Assembly (NCBI GenBank): GCA_964501035.1
Contig: CAZCRK010000007.1
Location: forward strand, 1 to 45,249
DNA length: 45,249 nucleotides
Direction: 5' to 3'
The position numbers were made by a program, and so were the translations under genes. Below, in pieces: positions 10,225 to 18,791 of the stretch (the first letter of the stretch is position 1; each line of letters begins with the position of its first letter). The notes under the pieces are model-generated. The model was not told where the DNA came from. It was given only the letters and a program-made list of their open reading frames with translations, and searched no databases.

Positions 10225-11655
10225 ATGAATAATAATGTAAACAGAGCTCTACTGTTATGGATACAACAAAAGCGTTGGTTGTTATTTGTTGCTGTTTTAG
10301 GTACATTACTATATAAAGTTTTCCCATATCCAGAAAATATTTCTCACGAAGGGTACCGTACATTAATTATTGGAATAATGGTCATTATTTTGATAGTGAC
10401 TGAACCAATTCCCCTTCCAGCTGTTGCCTTGTTGATAGTTATTTTAGAGGTTGTTTTCCACATTGCACCAGTATCTGAAGTTGCAAACTCCTTTATGAAT
10501 GATTCTGTATTTTTTATCATGGGATCTCTTATGATGGCTGTTGCAATTGTTCAGCAAGGATTGGACACTCGATTAGCACTGGGAATTATTAAAATTACCG
10601 GTAATAAAGTAACCCATATTATTTTTGGTTTTACTGCAATTTCAGCCATACTATCTTCATTTGTTGGTGAACATACAGTTGTTGCTATGATGTTACCAGT
10701 TGGATTGTCACTGGTTCGAAATAGTTCGCAAATCCGAGAAATCCCTAATTTAACAGTGTTAATTTTATTTTCGATAGCCTATGGTGCAACTATTGGAAGT
10801 ATCGGAACTCCTTCGGGTGGTGCCCGAAATGCAATTATGATTGAATATTGGAAATCAATCACAGATAATGCGGTTACATTAACATACCCTCAATGGATAA
10901 TTATGGCATATCCAATGGTAATCATTGGAATTATAATATGCCCAATATTATTAAAAATGGCGTTTAAACCTGAGTGCTCACATTTAGATACAGCTATTAG
11001 AAAACTTAAAGTACAAGTTGCACACAAGGGAAAAATTACTGGGAAAGAACTACTTACAATTGCAATTTTCATTCTTGTATTCTTAGCTTGGGTTACTTTA
11101 AATGAACGGTTTGGAATGGGTATTATTGCAATTTCTGGCGCATTTTTATATATGGCAACTGGATTGATCGAATGGAGAGATGTTAGCAAACATACAAACT
11201 GGGGAGTAATTTTGTTGTTTGCAGGTGCTATTTCTCTTGGGGTACAAATGAAGAATACTGGTACAGCAGAATGGATTGGTAATTCTATAATTCATGGAAC
11301 ATCTGGACTGATTGAGCAAATTCCAATTATACCCTATGTTATTAATATTGCACTGACAACATTAATGTCTAATTTAATGAGTTCAAGTGGAACGGTTGCT
11401 GTATTAGGTCCAATTACATTAAATATGGGTGGACATCCATTATTCATGGGAATGACTACATCTATTGCATCTGCATTTGGGTATTTTTCAGCAGTAGCTG
11501 CACCAGCATGTATGATAATATATTCATCGGGCTTGGTAAAAGTTACAGATTTTCTAAGAGCAGGGTGGAGAATGGGGTTAGCATCTTTTATTATACTTCT
11601 CCTCTTATATAAATTGTATTGGCCTTTTGTTATTCAGTTTACAAACTTCAATTAA
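10225..11655 (+). CDS. SLC13/DASS family (divalent anion:Na+ symporter) transporter
   Basis: Many TM segments; TEPIPLPA, IAYGATIGSIGTPSGGARNAI, WGVILLFAGAISLG, DFLRAG. Confidence 0.9.
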   Translation: MNNNVNRALLLWIQQKRWLLFVAVLGTLLYKVFPYPENISHEGYRTLIIGIMVIILIVTEPIPLPAVALLIVILEVVFHIAPVSEVANSFMNDSVFFIMGSLMMAVAIVQQGLDTRLALGIIKITGNKVTHIIFGFTAISAILSSFVGEHTVVAMMLPVGLSLVRNSSQIREIPNLTVLILFSIAYGATIGSIGTPSGGARNAIMIEYWKSITDNAVTLTYPQWIIMAYPMVIIGIIICPILLKMAFKPECSHLDTAIRKLKVQVAHKGKITGKELLTIAIFILVFLAWVTLNERFGMGIIAISGAFLYMATGLIEWRDVSKHTNWGVILLFAGAISLGVQMKNTGTAEWIGNSIIHGTSGLIEQIPIIPYVINIALTTLMSNLMSSSGTVAVLGPITLNMGGHPLFMGMTTSIASAFGYFSAVAAPACMIIYSSGLVKVTDFLRAGWRMGLASFIILLLLYKLYWPFVIQFTNFN

Positions 11656-11665
11656 GTGAGATAAT

Positions 11666-12544
11666 ATGAAACTACTTATTGCTATAAAAGATACAAGTGA
11701 AGAATCCAGAAATATTCTAAACATTGGTGCAACAATTGCAAAAGGTATATCTGCTGATTTATCATTAATTTATGTTGGAAAAAAATCTTCAGCTTTATTG
11801 GAAGGTGATGTGAGTATGGCTCGTCGTTCATTGGCTGAATGGAATATTCTACATCCAGGATTAGAGATATTAGAATGGGCATATAAAACCATTCTTGAAA
11901 TGGGATTTGCAACATCGGTTGAGGGTGGATTTGACCCAAAGAATTTGATTGAAGAAAAACGAAGAATACGTATGGTCCTTCCTCAAAGTTCGGGAAATAA
12001 AATTAGTTTAATATTACGTGAGGGGGATTTAATGTCCGAACTTTCTCATGAAGTAGATCATCATCAATATGAATTAGCCATTATAAATAGGCCAAGAAGA
12101 AAGCGAACAACACACCAGTTAATTCAGTTTTTAAACACAAGTGTATTTGTGGTTGGAAATTTTGATCCACAATGGAATTACAAAATTTTATTGTGTGTTG
12201 ATGATTCTCGAGCAACCAAACGTGCGATAGTTTTTGGTACTCAAGTCGCAAAACAGTTTGATGCTGAAATTAGAGTTCTTACAGTGAGTAAAACAGTTAG
12301 TTTTGGCAAGGGATATAATAATGCTCATAAGTGGGCTGAAAAATACTTAAAACACATGAAAATAGAATACTCATTGTCCAAGCTTTCTGGTAATCCTACG
12401 GATGTTTTTGTTAATGAAGCAGGTGACAATCACATTATTATTATGGGCAAAGCAAAAGGAAATGAATTTTTGAAATATTTCAAGGGTAGTAAACCAATTC
12501 ACACAGCCCAAAATGCCAATTGTCCTGTTTTAATTGTAAATTAA
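11666..12544 (+). CDS. Tandem universal stress protein (USP) domain protein
   Basis: Two USP-like units: KLLIAIKD... and KILLCVDDS...IIIMG...FKGSKPIHTAQNANCPVLIV. Confidence 0.85.
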   Translation: MKLLIAIKDTSEESRNILNIGATIAKGISADLSLIYVGKKSSALLEGDVSMARRSLAEWNILHPGLEILEWAYKTILEMGFATSVEGGFDPKNLIEEKRRIRMVLPQSSGNKISLILREGDLMSELSHEVDHHQYELAIINRPRRKRTTHQLIQFLNTSVFVVGNFDPQWNYKILLCVDDSRATKRAIVFGTQVAKQFDAEIRVLTVSKTVSFGKGYNNAHKWAEKYLKHMKIEYSLSKLSGNPTDVFVNEAGDNHIIIMGKAKGNEFLKYFKGSKPIHTAQNANCPVLIVN

Positions 12545-12605
12545 TAATAATGAAAATAAATTTTGGTATCAATTTTATAACTATTCTAAATTTAGGGCTC
12601 TATAA

Positions 12606-12677
12606 GGCCCGTTCGTCTAGTGGTTAGGACCCAGGGTTTTCATCTCTGTAACAGGAGTTCGATTCTCCTACGGGCTA
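12606..12677 (+). tRNA. tRNA-Glu (anticodon TTC)
   Basis: Acceptor stem GGCCCGT/ACGGGCT, D-loop TAGTGGTTAGG, anticodon stem CAGGG/CTCTG with loop TTTTCAT (TTC at 12639-12641), T-loop TTCGATT. Followed by CAA, so CCA is not encoded. Confidence 0.97.
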
Positions 12678-12678
12678 C

Positions 12679-12711
12679 AAGGGGTTTTAGTTTTTACTAA
12701 AGCCCCTTTTT
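12679..12711 (+). terminator. Intrinsic terminator after tRNA-Glu
   Basis: Stem GGGGTTTTAGT/ACTAAAGCCCC with a TTTT loop, followed by a T run. Confidence 0.85.
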
Positions 12712-12781
12712 GTTTTACTAAAAAACTGTAGAAAATTCAATATAATAATATGTAAAATACGCTCGTTTAATTTGAAATATT

Positions 12782-13837
12782 ATGATAACACATTACTATA
12801 GGTCATTTTTATACATTAAGGGGTTGATGAAATCGGATGATAACGTCAACCAAAATGGTTATGTAGATGAATTTTATGAAGGGGTTAATGGAGAACACGT
12901 TCCATTACGAATTTTTTATCCCAATAAAAGCAATCAACAATCTGTAATAATTTTTCCTGGGGCGAGCCCGTATGCCGAAAAACATCCTACCATGAACAAA
13001 CTTGCGCATGCATTAACTCAAACAGGGTGTACAGTATTTATGCCGAGGATCCCCCCCCTTAAAGAACTTGAAATTTCTGAAAAAAATATCAATTGGTTTG
13101 CTCATTGCTACGAAGCATTGTTAAAACATAAGGATATCGAATCAGATAATCTTTTTGTCGTAGGAATTAGTTATGGAGGAGGATTGTTATTGAAAGCAAG
13201 TTTAGATAATCGCTTTAGGAACAACCCGCCTAAACTATTTTTTGTTTATGGCACCTATTTTAATATTGAAACAGCATTTCATTTTTTAATGACGGGTGAA
13301 ATATTTTCAGATAATAAAACCCATAAAATTACTCCAAATCCTTGGGGAACAGTTGTTCTGTTTTATAACTATTTATTATCTATTGAAGATTCAGAGATAA
13401 ATCGAAAATATACTGAAATTCTTAAACTTCGTATTGAAGATAGGTTTGAAGAATCTGATGATAAAATTGAAACATTAGCTAAAAATGACCAAGAGTTTAT
13501 ACGTGATATTCTTGCAGGAAATATGAGCGAGAAAGTAAAAGAATCCTCTCATAGAATTATAGAAAAAAATAAAGACATATTTTTGTCATTATCTCCTGTA
13601 TCATGGTGTAAGGATATTCAAGAAAAAGTGTATGTAATGCATGGGGCAAATGATTCCATGGTTCCTTTTACAGAGTCCACATTCTTGGCAGATAATCTTC
13701 CAAATAGTGAATTATTAATTTCATATTTATATGAGCATAAGGAAATATCAACTAATAAGGGTGTATTTTTCAAAATAAAAGAACTGTTTCGGTTATTTAT
13801 CTTTTTTGCTCATTTATTTGATAATGATGCAAATTAA
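12782..13837 (+). CDS. Alpha/beta-fold hydrolase
   Basis: Nucleophile elbow GISYGG, acid motif HGANDSMVP, candidate catalytic His in LYEH. Confidence 0.8.
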   Translation: MITHYYRSFLYIKGLMKSDDNVNQNGYVDEFYEGVNGEHVPLRIFYPNKSNQQSVIIFPGASPYAEKHPTMNKLAHALTQTGCTVFMPRIPPLKELEISEKNINWFAHCYEALLKHKDIESDNLFVVGISYGGGLLLKASLDNRFRNNPPKLFFVYGTYFNIETAFHFLMTGEIFSDNKTHKITPNPWGTVVLFYNYLLSIEDSEINRKYTEILKLRIEDRFEESDDKIETLAKNDQEFIRDILAGNMSEKVKESSHRIIEKNKDIFLSLSPVSWCKDIQEKVYVMHGANDSMVPFTESTFLADNLPNSELLISYLYEHKEISTNKGVFFKIKELFRLFIFFAHLFDNDAN

Positions 13838-14480
13838 CACTTTTCAAGGAGGTTTCGACAAAAACCTATGTTATTTAGTATGGTGTGAAGAAACCAAATA
13901 TTCAGCAGTAATTGACCCCTCTGTGAAACCGCAAGAGTTGGTTGAAAAAATTGAATCAAAATCTCTAAAACTTGATAAAATATTAATCACTCACACACAT
14001 AAAGATCATTGGCAATACTTGGATGATTTTTTGTTTTATTTTCCAACTACACAAGTTTGTATGTATAAAAATCCAACTAATAAAGTTATTGATGATTATC
14101 GAAAACTATCTCATAATGAGCTAATTTCTATTGGAAACAACTTTCTTAATGTTTTGCATACCCCAGGACATTTTAAGGACAGTATTTGTTTTTGGGATAA
14201 TAAAAATAAATTAGTTTTTACTGGAGATACTATGTTTATTGGTCGAACGGGGCGTACAATTGATATGCATAGTAATATCGAAGATTTGTATAACAGTATT
14301 TATAATATATTGCTAACTCTACCCAGTGAAACCACTATTTATCCTGGACATAATTATGGATTTTCAATTACAGCTACAATTAGGCAAAATATAGATCACT
14401 CTTCGTTCTTTCAATGTAAATCAATGAGTGAGTTTATATGTGTTATGGAGAATTATGAGAAAAGTAGAAAAAGTAATTAA
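13824..14480 (+). CDS. MBL-fold metallo-hydrolase (glyoxalase II-like)
   Basis: THTHKDH, HTPGH, FTGDTMF, IYPGHNY. ATG at 13824 or 13827 is preferred over TTG at 13806. Confidence 0.9.
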   Translation: MMQINTFQGGFDKNLCYLVWCEETKYSAVIDPSVKPQELVEKIESKSLKLDKILITHTHKDHWQYLDDFLFYFPTTQVCMYKNPTNKVIDDYRKLSHNELISIGNNFLNVLHTPGHFKDSICFWDNKNKLVFTGDTMFIGRTGRTIDMHSNIEDLYNSIYNILLTLPSETTIYPGHNYGFSITATIRQNIDHSSFFQCKSMSEFICVMENYEKSRKSN

Positions 14481-14585
14481 TACGTTACTATCAAGATAAG
14501 AATCCAAGAGTAAATCGTTATAAATTATTAAACATTTGTTGCTTTCTCTCTTTAAATTGATGAAAAATCGTTAGTTTTGAGGACT

Positions 14586-14650
14586 AAAATTGAGAAAAAA
14601 TCAAAAAATACTGTGAAAAAATGCGAAAAAATGCGAAAAAATGATAAAAA
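14586..14650 (+). repeat. Phased A-tracts, including GAAAAAATG x3 at a 10-bp period (curved DNA / UP-like element)
   Basis: A-runs start at 14616, 14626, 14636 and 14646 (exact 10-bp spacing), plus 14586, 14595 and 14603, ending just upstream of a -35 hexamer. Confidence 0.75.
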
Positions 14651-14653
14651 CAC

Positions 14654-14683
14654 TTGATTTTATCGTCGAGAAACTCATAGAAT
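14654..14683 (+). promoter_or_regulatory. Sigma70-like promoter of the 75-aa gene
   Basis: TTGATT (14654-14659), 18 bp spacer, TAGAAT (14678-14683). AAGGAG RBS precedes the ATG at 14738. Confidence 0.6.
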
Positions 14684-14737
14684 TAGAAGTTATTATTTGT
14701 AATAACTCAATTTAAATAATCAAAAAGGAGAACTACA

Positions 14738-14965
14738 ATGGCAGAAAAAGTAAAAACAACTGGAGTTAAAAAAGAAAGTGGCTTTTTATATTACTTAGAT
14801 AAAAATGGTAATGTTGCTCGTTCTAAAATGGCTCGTGGTGGAGAAAAAGGCGGAAATGCTGAAGTTGTAAACAATGCTGGTGTTGCACGTGAAAAAGGTT
14901 GGTTATATTTCATCGATAAAGATGGTGATGTAGCTCGTGCAAAAATGGCAAGAGGTCGTAAATAA
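14738..14965 (+). CDS. Small basic protein with an internal tandem duplication, function unknown
   Basis: 75 aa; residues 2-34 and 41-73 share 20/33 identities (GVxxExGxLYxxDKxGxVARxKMARG). 17 K/R versus 9 D/E. Has its own RBS, promoter and terminator. Confidence 0.93.
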   Translation: MAEKVKTTGVKKESGFLYYLDKNGNVARSKMARGGEKGGNAEVVNNAGVAREKGWLYFIDKDGDVARAKMARGRK

Positions 14966-14986
14966 ACGATTTATCAACTGTTTTTG

Positions 14987-15019
14987 AGAAAGCCCCGATT
15001 TCGGGGCTTTCTTGTTTTT
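14987..15019 (+). terminator. Intrinsic terminator
   Basis: AGAAAGCCCCGA-TT-TCGGGGCTTTCT followed by TGTTTTT. Confidence 0.9.
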
Positions 15020-15030
15020 AATCCATATTT

Positions 15031-16278
15031 ATGAAATTTACCCCTTTACTATTTATAATCATAAATTCATTTTCATTTTCTGAAGTAGTTAACTCTATTC
15101 AAATTTCAGGGAATTCACATACTCAACATAAAATTATTGAAAGAGAGATACATCATCTCATTCCTGGAGAATATGATGTAGATATTGCATTACAAGACAG
15201 AAACAGATTATACAATTTGGGGTTGTTTTCAACCGTTGAAATTTATCAAAAAGATTCTCAGTACTGTATTCACGTTAAAGAAGCACCACGAATTATTCCA
15301 ATACCTATGATTGAATATGATGAAGCATCAGGAAAATGGTCCTATGGGGGAGGATTTATAAATACTAATACTCACGGTCTTCACAGACGACTTTTTGTTG
15401 GAGGAATAATATTTGGTCAAGTCTCTGCTGGAATTATTGATTATGAAGATCCGTGGGTGATTGGAGACCATGTTTCATTAAAGATTAGACTAGTGGATTT
15501 TATAACAACCAATGTAACAAATGAGTTTAACAATAGAATCCAACATATTGAATTGGGATCTGGGTTTTATAAAAATAAAGTACATAAATTCAATTATTCA
15601 TTAGGTCTTAATAAAATCACACTTTTACCCATTAATTCTTTTGAAATTTTACCCAAACAAGAACAAAATTCATTTACCTTCATATCAACAGATTATTCGT
15701 TTGACACACGAGATATACACATTGACCCAACTTGCGGATTTCATCATTTAATAGGATTGCAGTTAAACAAAGATTTAAAATCATCCATGGATTATACCCA
15801 ATTTTGGGCACAATTTAACTCGTATCATTCAATCCCGATTAAAATCATTGAACCAGTACTACATTTAAAATCTACTTTGTTTTTGCAAAAATACAACACA
15901 GAACCACTTTTATTTACATATCAATATTTAGGCGGTGAAGATGGGGTGCGTGGTTATTCTCCTAATCCAATTGAGAACAATTTAGCCGAAGCCAAAGAAA
16001 TTATGGAAACAATCAATACAATGCACTTCAGTATTGAACTGCAAAATACATTAATTCGTCGAAAAGATTATGGAGGTGTTGAACTTGGGATTGATTGGAT
16101 ATTATTTTCTGATGTGGGTTTTTCAGCAGATGAATCATTTGAGTTTTCAATGAAAAACTCCATTATTGGATACGGGTTAGGGTTTCGGTTTTTTGCTTCG
16201 GGAATGGGTGTCATTGGAATCGATTTTGGATACAATCCCTATGGGCAACAATTCACCCATCTTTCAGATGAAAATTAA
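15031..16278 (+). CDS. Omp85 (BamA/TamA-like) outer-membrane protein with a single POTRA domain
   Basis: Signal peptide; POTRA motif IQISGNSHT...IIEREI...RLYNLGLFSTV; barrel motifs FDTRD, LGGEDGVRGY, FSDVG, GYGLGFRF, IDFGY. Confidence 0.85.
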   Translation: MKFTPLLFIIINSFSFSEVVNSIQISGNSHTQHKIIEREIHHLIPGEYDVDIALQDRNRLYNLGLFSTVEIYQKDSQYCIHVKEAPRIIPIPMIEYDEASGKWSYGGGFINTNTHGLHRRLFVGGIIFGQVSAGIIDYEDPWVIGDHVSLKIRLVDFITTNVTNEFNNRIQHIELGSGFYKNKVHKFNYSLGLNKITLLPINSFEILPKQEQNSFTFISTDYSFDTRDIHIDPTCGFHHLIGLQLNKDLKSSMDYTQFWAQFNSYHSIPIKIIEPVLHLKSTLFLQKYNTEPLLFTYQYLGGEDGVRGYSPNPIENNLAEAKEIMETINTMHFSIELQNTLIRRKDYGGVELGIDWILFSDVGFSADESFEFSMKNSIIGYGLGFRFFASGMGVIGIDFGYNPYGQQFTHLSDEN

Positions 16279-16279
16279 C

Positions 16280-16915
16280 TTATTTTTTGAATAGTTTGTG
16301 GAAAATCATTGCTTTTTCGAACTGATTTTCATTTCCTGAAAGCATACGTTGGATATTACTTCTGTGGGTATAGATTATAAATATAGCAATTGCAATTGCT
16401 GTATTTAGGAAATAAATATTTTCACACGGAACAAGATACCCATAAATTGCAATAGAAATTGCTGCAAGCATCGTACCTAATCCAACCCATCCAGTTAGTA
16501 TGAGGTTTATAATCCAAACTGTAAGTGCAACCACCATTGCCATTGGATGTATGGCTAAAACTAATCCAATACCAGCTCCACCACCTTTTCCACCTTTAAA
16601 TCCATGATATATTGGAAAAACGTGCCCAATAACAGCAACAACTCCACATAAAATTGCAAGTAGATCTGGAGATACAGACGTTGATTCAATAATTTGCATA
16701 TTTGACACAAATTTTGTTGGAATAAATCCTTTTGCAATATCAATAATTATAACACCGAGTGCAAAAAATGCACCCATGGTCCGAAAGGCATTGGTACCAC
16801 CTGCATTTCCGCTACCCATTGTACGAATATCAACATGCTTGATTTTACCCATTACCATACTACCTGAAACTGAGCCAATAAGGTAACTAACGAGTAATTT
16901 TATAAAAATATCCAT
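16280..16915 (-). CDS. plsY: Acyl-phosphate:glycerol-3-phosphate acyltransferase PlsY
   Basis: SYLIGS, DIRTMGSGNAGGTN, DIAKG, GHVFPIYHGFKGGKG, HRSNIQRMLSGNE. Confidence 0.96.
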   Translation of the reverse strand: MDIFIKLLVSYLIGSVSGSMVMGKIKHVDIRTMGSGNAGGTNAFRTMGAFFALGVIIIDIAKGFIPTKFVSNMQIIESTSVSPDLLAILCGVVAVIGHVFPIYHGFKGGKGGGAGIGLVLAIHPMAMVVALTVWIINLILTGWVGLGTMLAAISIAIYGYLVPCENIYFLNTAIAIAIFIIYTHRSNIQRMLSGNENQFEKAMIFHKLFKK

Positions 16916-16920
16916 AATGT

Positions 16921-18729
16921 CTATGATTGTACTTCTTGAGCCCCCACAACCAAAGCGCCTGGTCCTGCATGTACTCCTAAAGCGCCACCAACTTCTAATA
17001 GATAGGATGTTTTTATATTATGACCAGAACTTGTCAGAGAGTCAAGTAACTTTTTACCTTCTTCTTCACAGTAACAATGACCAACAGAAATAATATATTC
17101 CTTTTGATTGTCTAATTTATTCAACACAACTTTACCTAACTTTTGAGCAATATTTTTCTTACCATACAATATTCCAGATGGCCCTAGCTTTCCAGTTCCA
17201 TCAACAGCAAGAATTGGTCGAATATGTAATATGTCTGCAATAGTTTTTACAAATTTAGGAATTCTTCCGCCCTTGACTATGTAAGACAGATCTTTTAATC
17301 CAGCAAATAATTGAATTTTAGAACGCGTATTATTGATTTCTGTAATAATTTTATCATGAGGTGCATTTTCTTTTGCTAGTTTACTTGCATGTATTACAAG
17401 AAGTCCTTGGGCAACAGATAAATTCATTGCATCCATTACGGTTACACTCGAAGCGGGAATTCGTTTTGCTGCATTTTCAGCAGATTGAAACGTACCACTA
17501 ACTGTTTTGGGCATGTGAATTGAAATAATAGATTTATAATGCGTTGATAAAAACTGATATTGTCTTCTGAAATCACCTGGTGTAGGTTGTGAAGTTTGAG
17601 GATGATTTGGATTTGTACGTAATTCCTCATAAAATTCAGTTGCAGTTTGAGAAACTTTATCAATAAAGCCCTTGTTACCAAAACTATATCTAACAGGTAC
17701 AACATGCACATCTTTCACCAACTCCATTGGAATATCAGCACCAGAATCTGTTACAATTGCTACATTATTTTGCTTTTCTCCATGAGCAAGAGTTTGTTGC
17801 TGAAGCATATCATCTGCTTTTTGACCACTAATTGTACCGTACTTTTCACATATTGAAAACATTTCAGCTGGGTCATTTACATGGATATGAATTTTTGCTT
17901 TATTTTTTGGACCAGCTACAATCAAACTATCTCCAATTAGCATGAGTTCTTCACGAAGTTTTTTTCTATTTATATCGTCACCATCGATTAAACATTCAGT
18001 GCAAAATTGAAATTTTAAATTTTCATGGGAGATATCAGTATTTGCAACTGGGTCTTCAGAATTAAAAATTTCAGGAAGTTCCATATTTATTTCTTTAATT
18101 GAACCATCTTTGATAAATTTATTTATTCCATGTAAAAAATCAACAAATCCCTGTCCCCCTGCATCTACAACACCTGATTTTTTTAAAATAGGAAGAAGAT
18201 TTGGAGTATTTGCGAGTGATTCTTCAGCAACTTTAATTCCTCCTTCAAGTAGTATGATAAAATCATCAACTCCATTGTCAATTAAACGAACCAACTCATT
18301 TGAAAAATCTGTTAGAACCGTGAGAATAGTTCCTTCTCTTGGCTCAGAGAGTGCCTCTCGTGCATAATCAGATCCAAATTTAATTGCATTGGAAAAATGA
18401 TGGGGTTCCATTCTACGAACATCCGAAACACCATCGCTCATTCCTTGAAAAAATTGAGCCAAAATTACGCCAGAATTACCACGTGCACCATCTAATGCAG
18501 AATCAGCTATTAATGTAAGAGTGTCATCTGCCCTTGAGTTAACTTTACCGGCAGTTCCTTCCATAATTGCTGATAAAGTGAACGCCATATTCGTACCCGT
18601 ATCACCATCTGGAACAGGGAAGACATTAATTTTATTTAAATAGTCTTGCCTCGATATTACACTATGTATCCCAGCTACGATAGTTCTGTGAAGGCGAATT
18701 CCATTTAGATATGTTATTTTATTTGCCAT
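16921..18729 (-). CDS. DAK2 (FakA-like fatty acid kinase) - DegV (FakB-like) fusion protein
   Basis: INVFPVPDGDTGTNM, GARGNSGVILAQ, EGTILTV, VVDAGG, FCTE, KIHIH, KADDM; then DegV motifs IVTDSGADIP, PQTSQP, SGTFQSA, KGGRI, GVHAGPG. Confidence 0.92.
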   Translation of the reverse strand: MANKITYLNGIRLHRTIVAGIHSVISRQDYLNKINVFPVPDGDTGTNMAFTLSAIMEGTAGKVNSRADDTLTLIADSALDGARGNSGVILAQFFQGMSDGVSDVRRMEPHHFSNAIKFGSDYAREALSEPREGTILTVLTDFSNELVRLIDNGVDDFIILLEGGIKVAEESLANTPNLLPILKKSGVVDAGGQGFVDFLHGINKFIKDGSIKEINMELPEIFNSEDPVANTDISHENLKFQFCTECLIDGDDINRKKLREELMLIGDSLIVAGPKNKAKIHIHVNDPAEMFSICEKYGTISGQKADDMLQQQTLAHGEKQNNVAIVTDSGADIPMELVKDVHVVPVRYSFGNKGFIDKVSQTATEFYEELRTNPNHPQTSQPTPGDFRRQYQFLSTHYKSIISIHMPKTVSGTFQSAENAAKRIPASSVTVMDAMNLSVAQGLLVIHASKLAKENAPHDKIITEINNTRSKIQLFAGLKDLSYIVKGGRIPKFVKTIADILHIRPILAVDGTGKLGPSGILYGKKNIAQKLGKVVLNKLDNQKEYIISVGHCYCEEEGKKLLDSLTSSGHNIKTSYLLEVGGALGVHAGPGALVVGAQEVQS

Positions 18730-18791
18730 AAGTTTTACACATATATAGACTTAGATTTTACAATCATTTAAGAATGTATTCAAAATAAAGT

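Noticed and set aside
12606..14480. tRNA-Glu as integration site of an island
   Set aside because: No integrase and no duplicated tRNA 3' end downstream. The 9-bp match CGGGCTACA at 4501 is too short and distant to be meaningful.
14611..14650. Short repeats as a CRISPR array
   Set aside because: 10-bp tandem units with no spacers and no cas genes. No CRISPR array was seen anywhere in the window.
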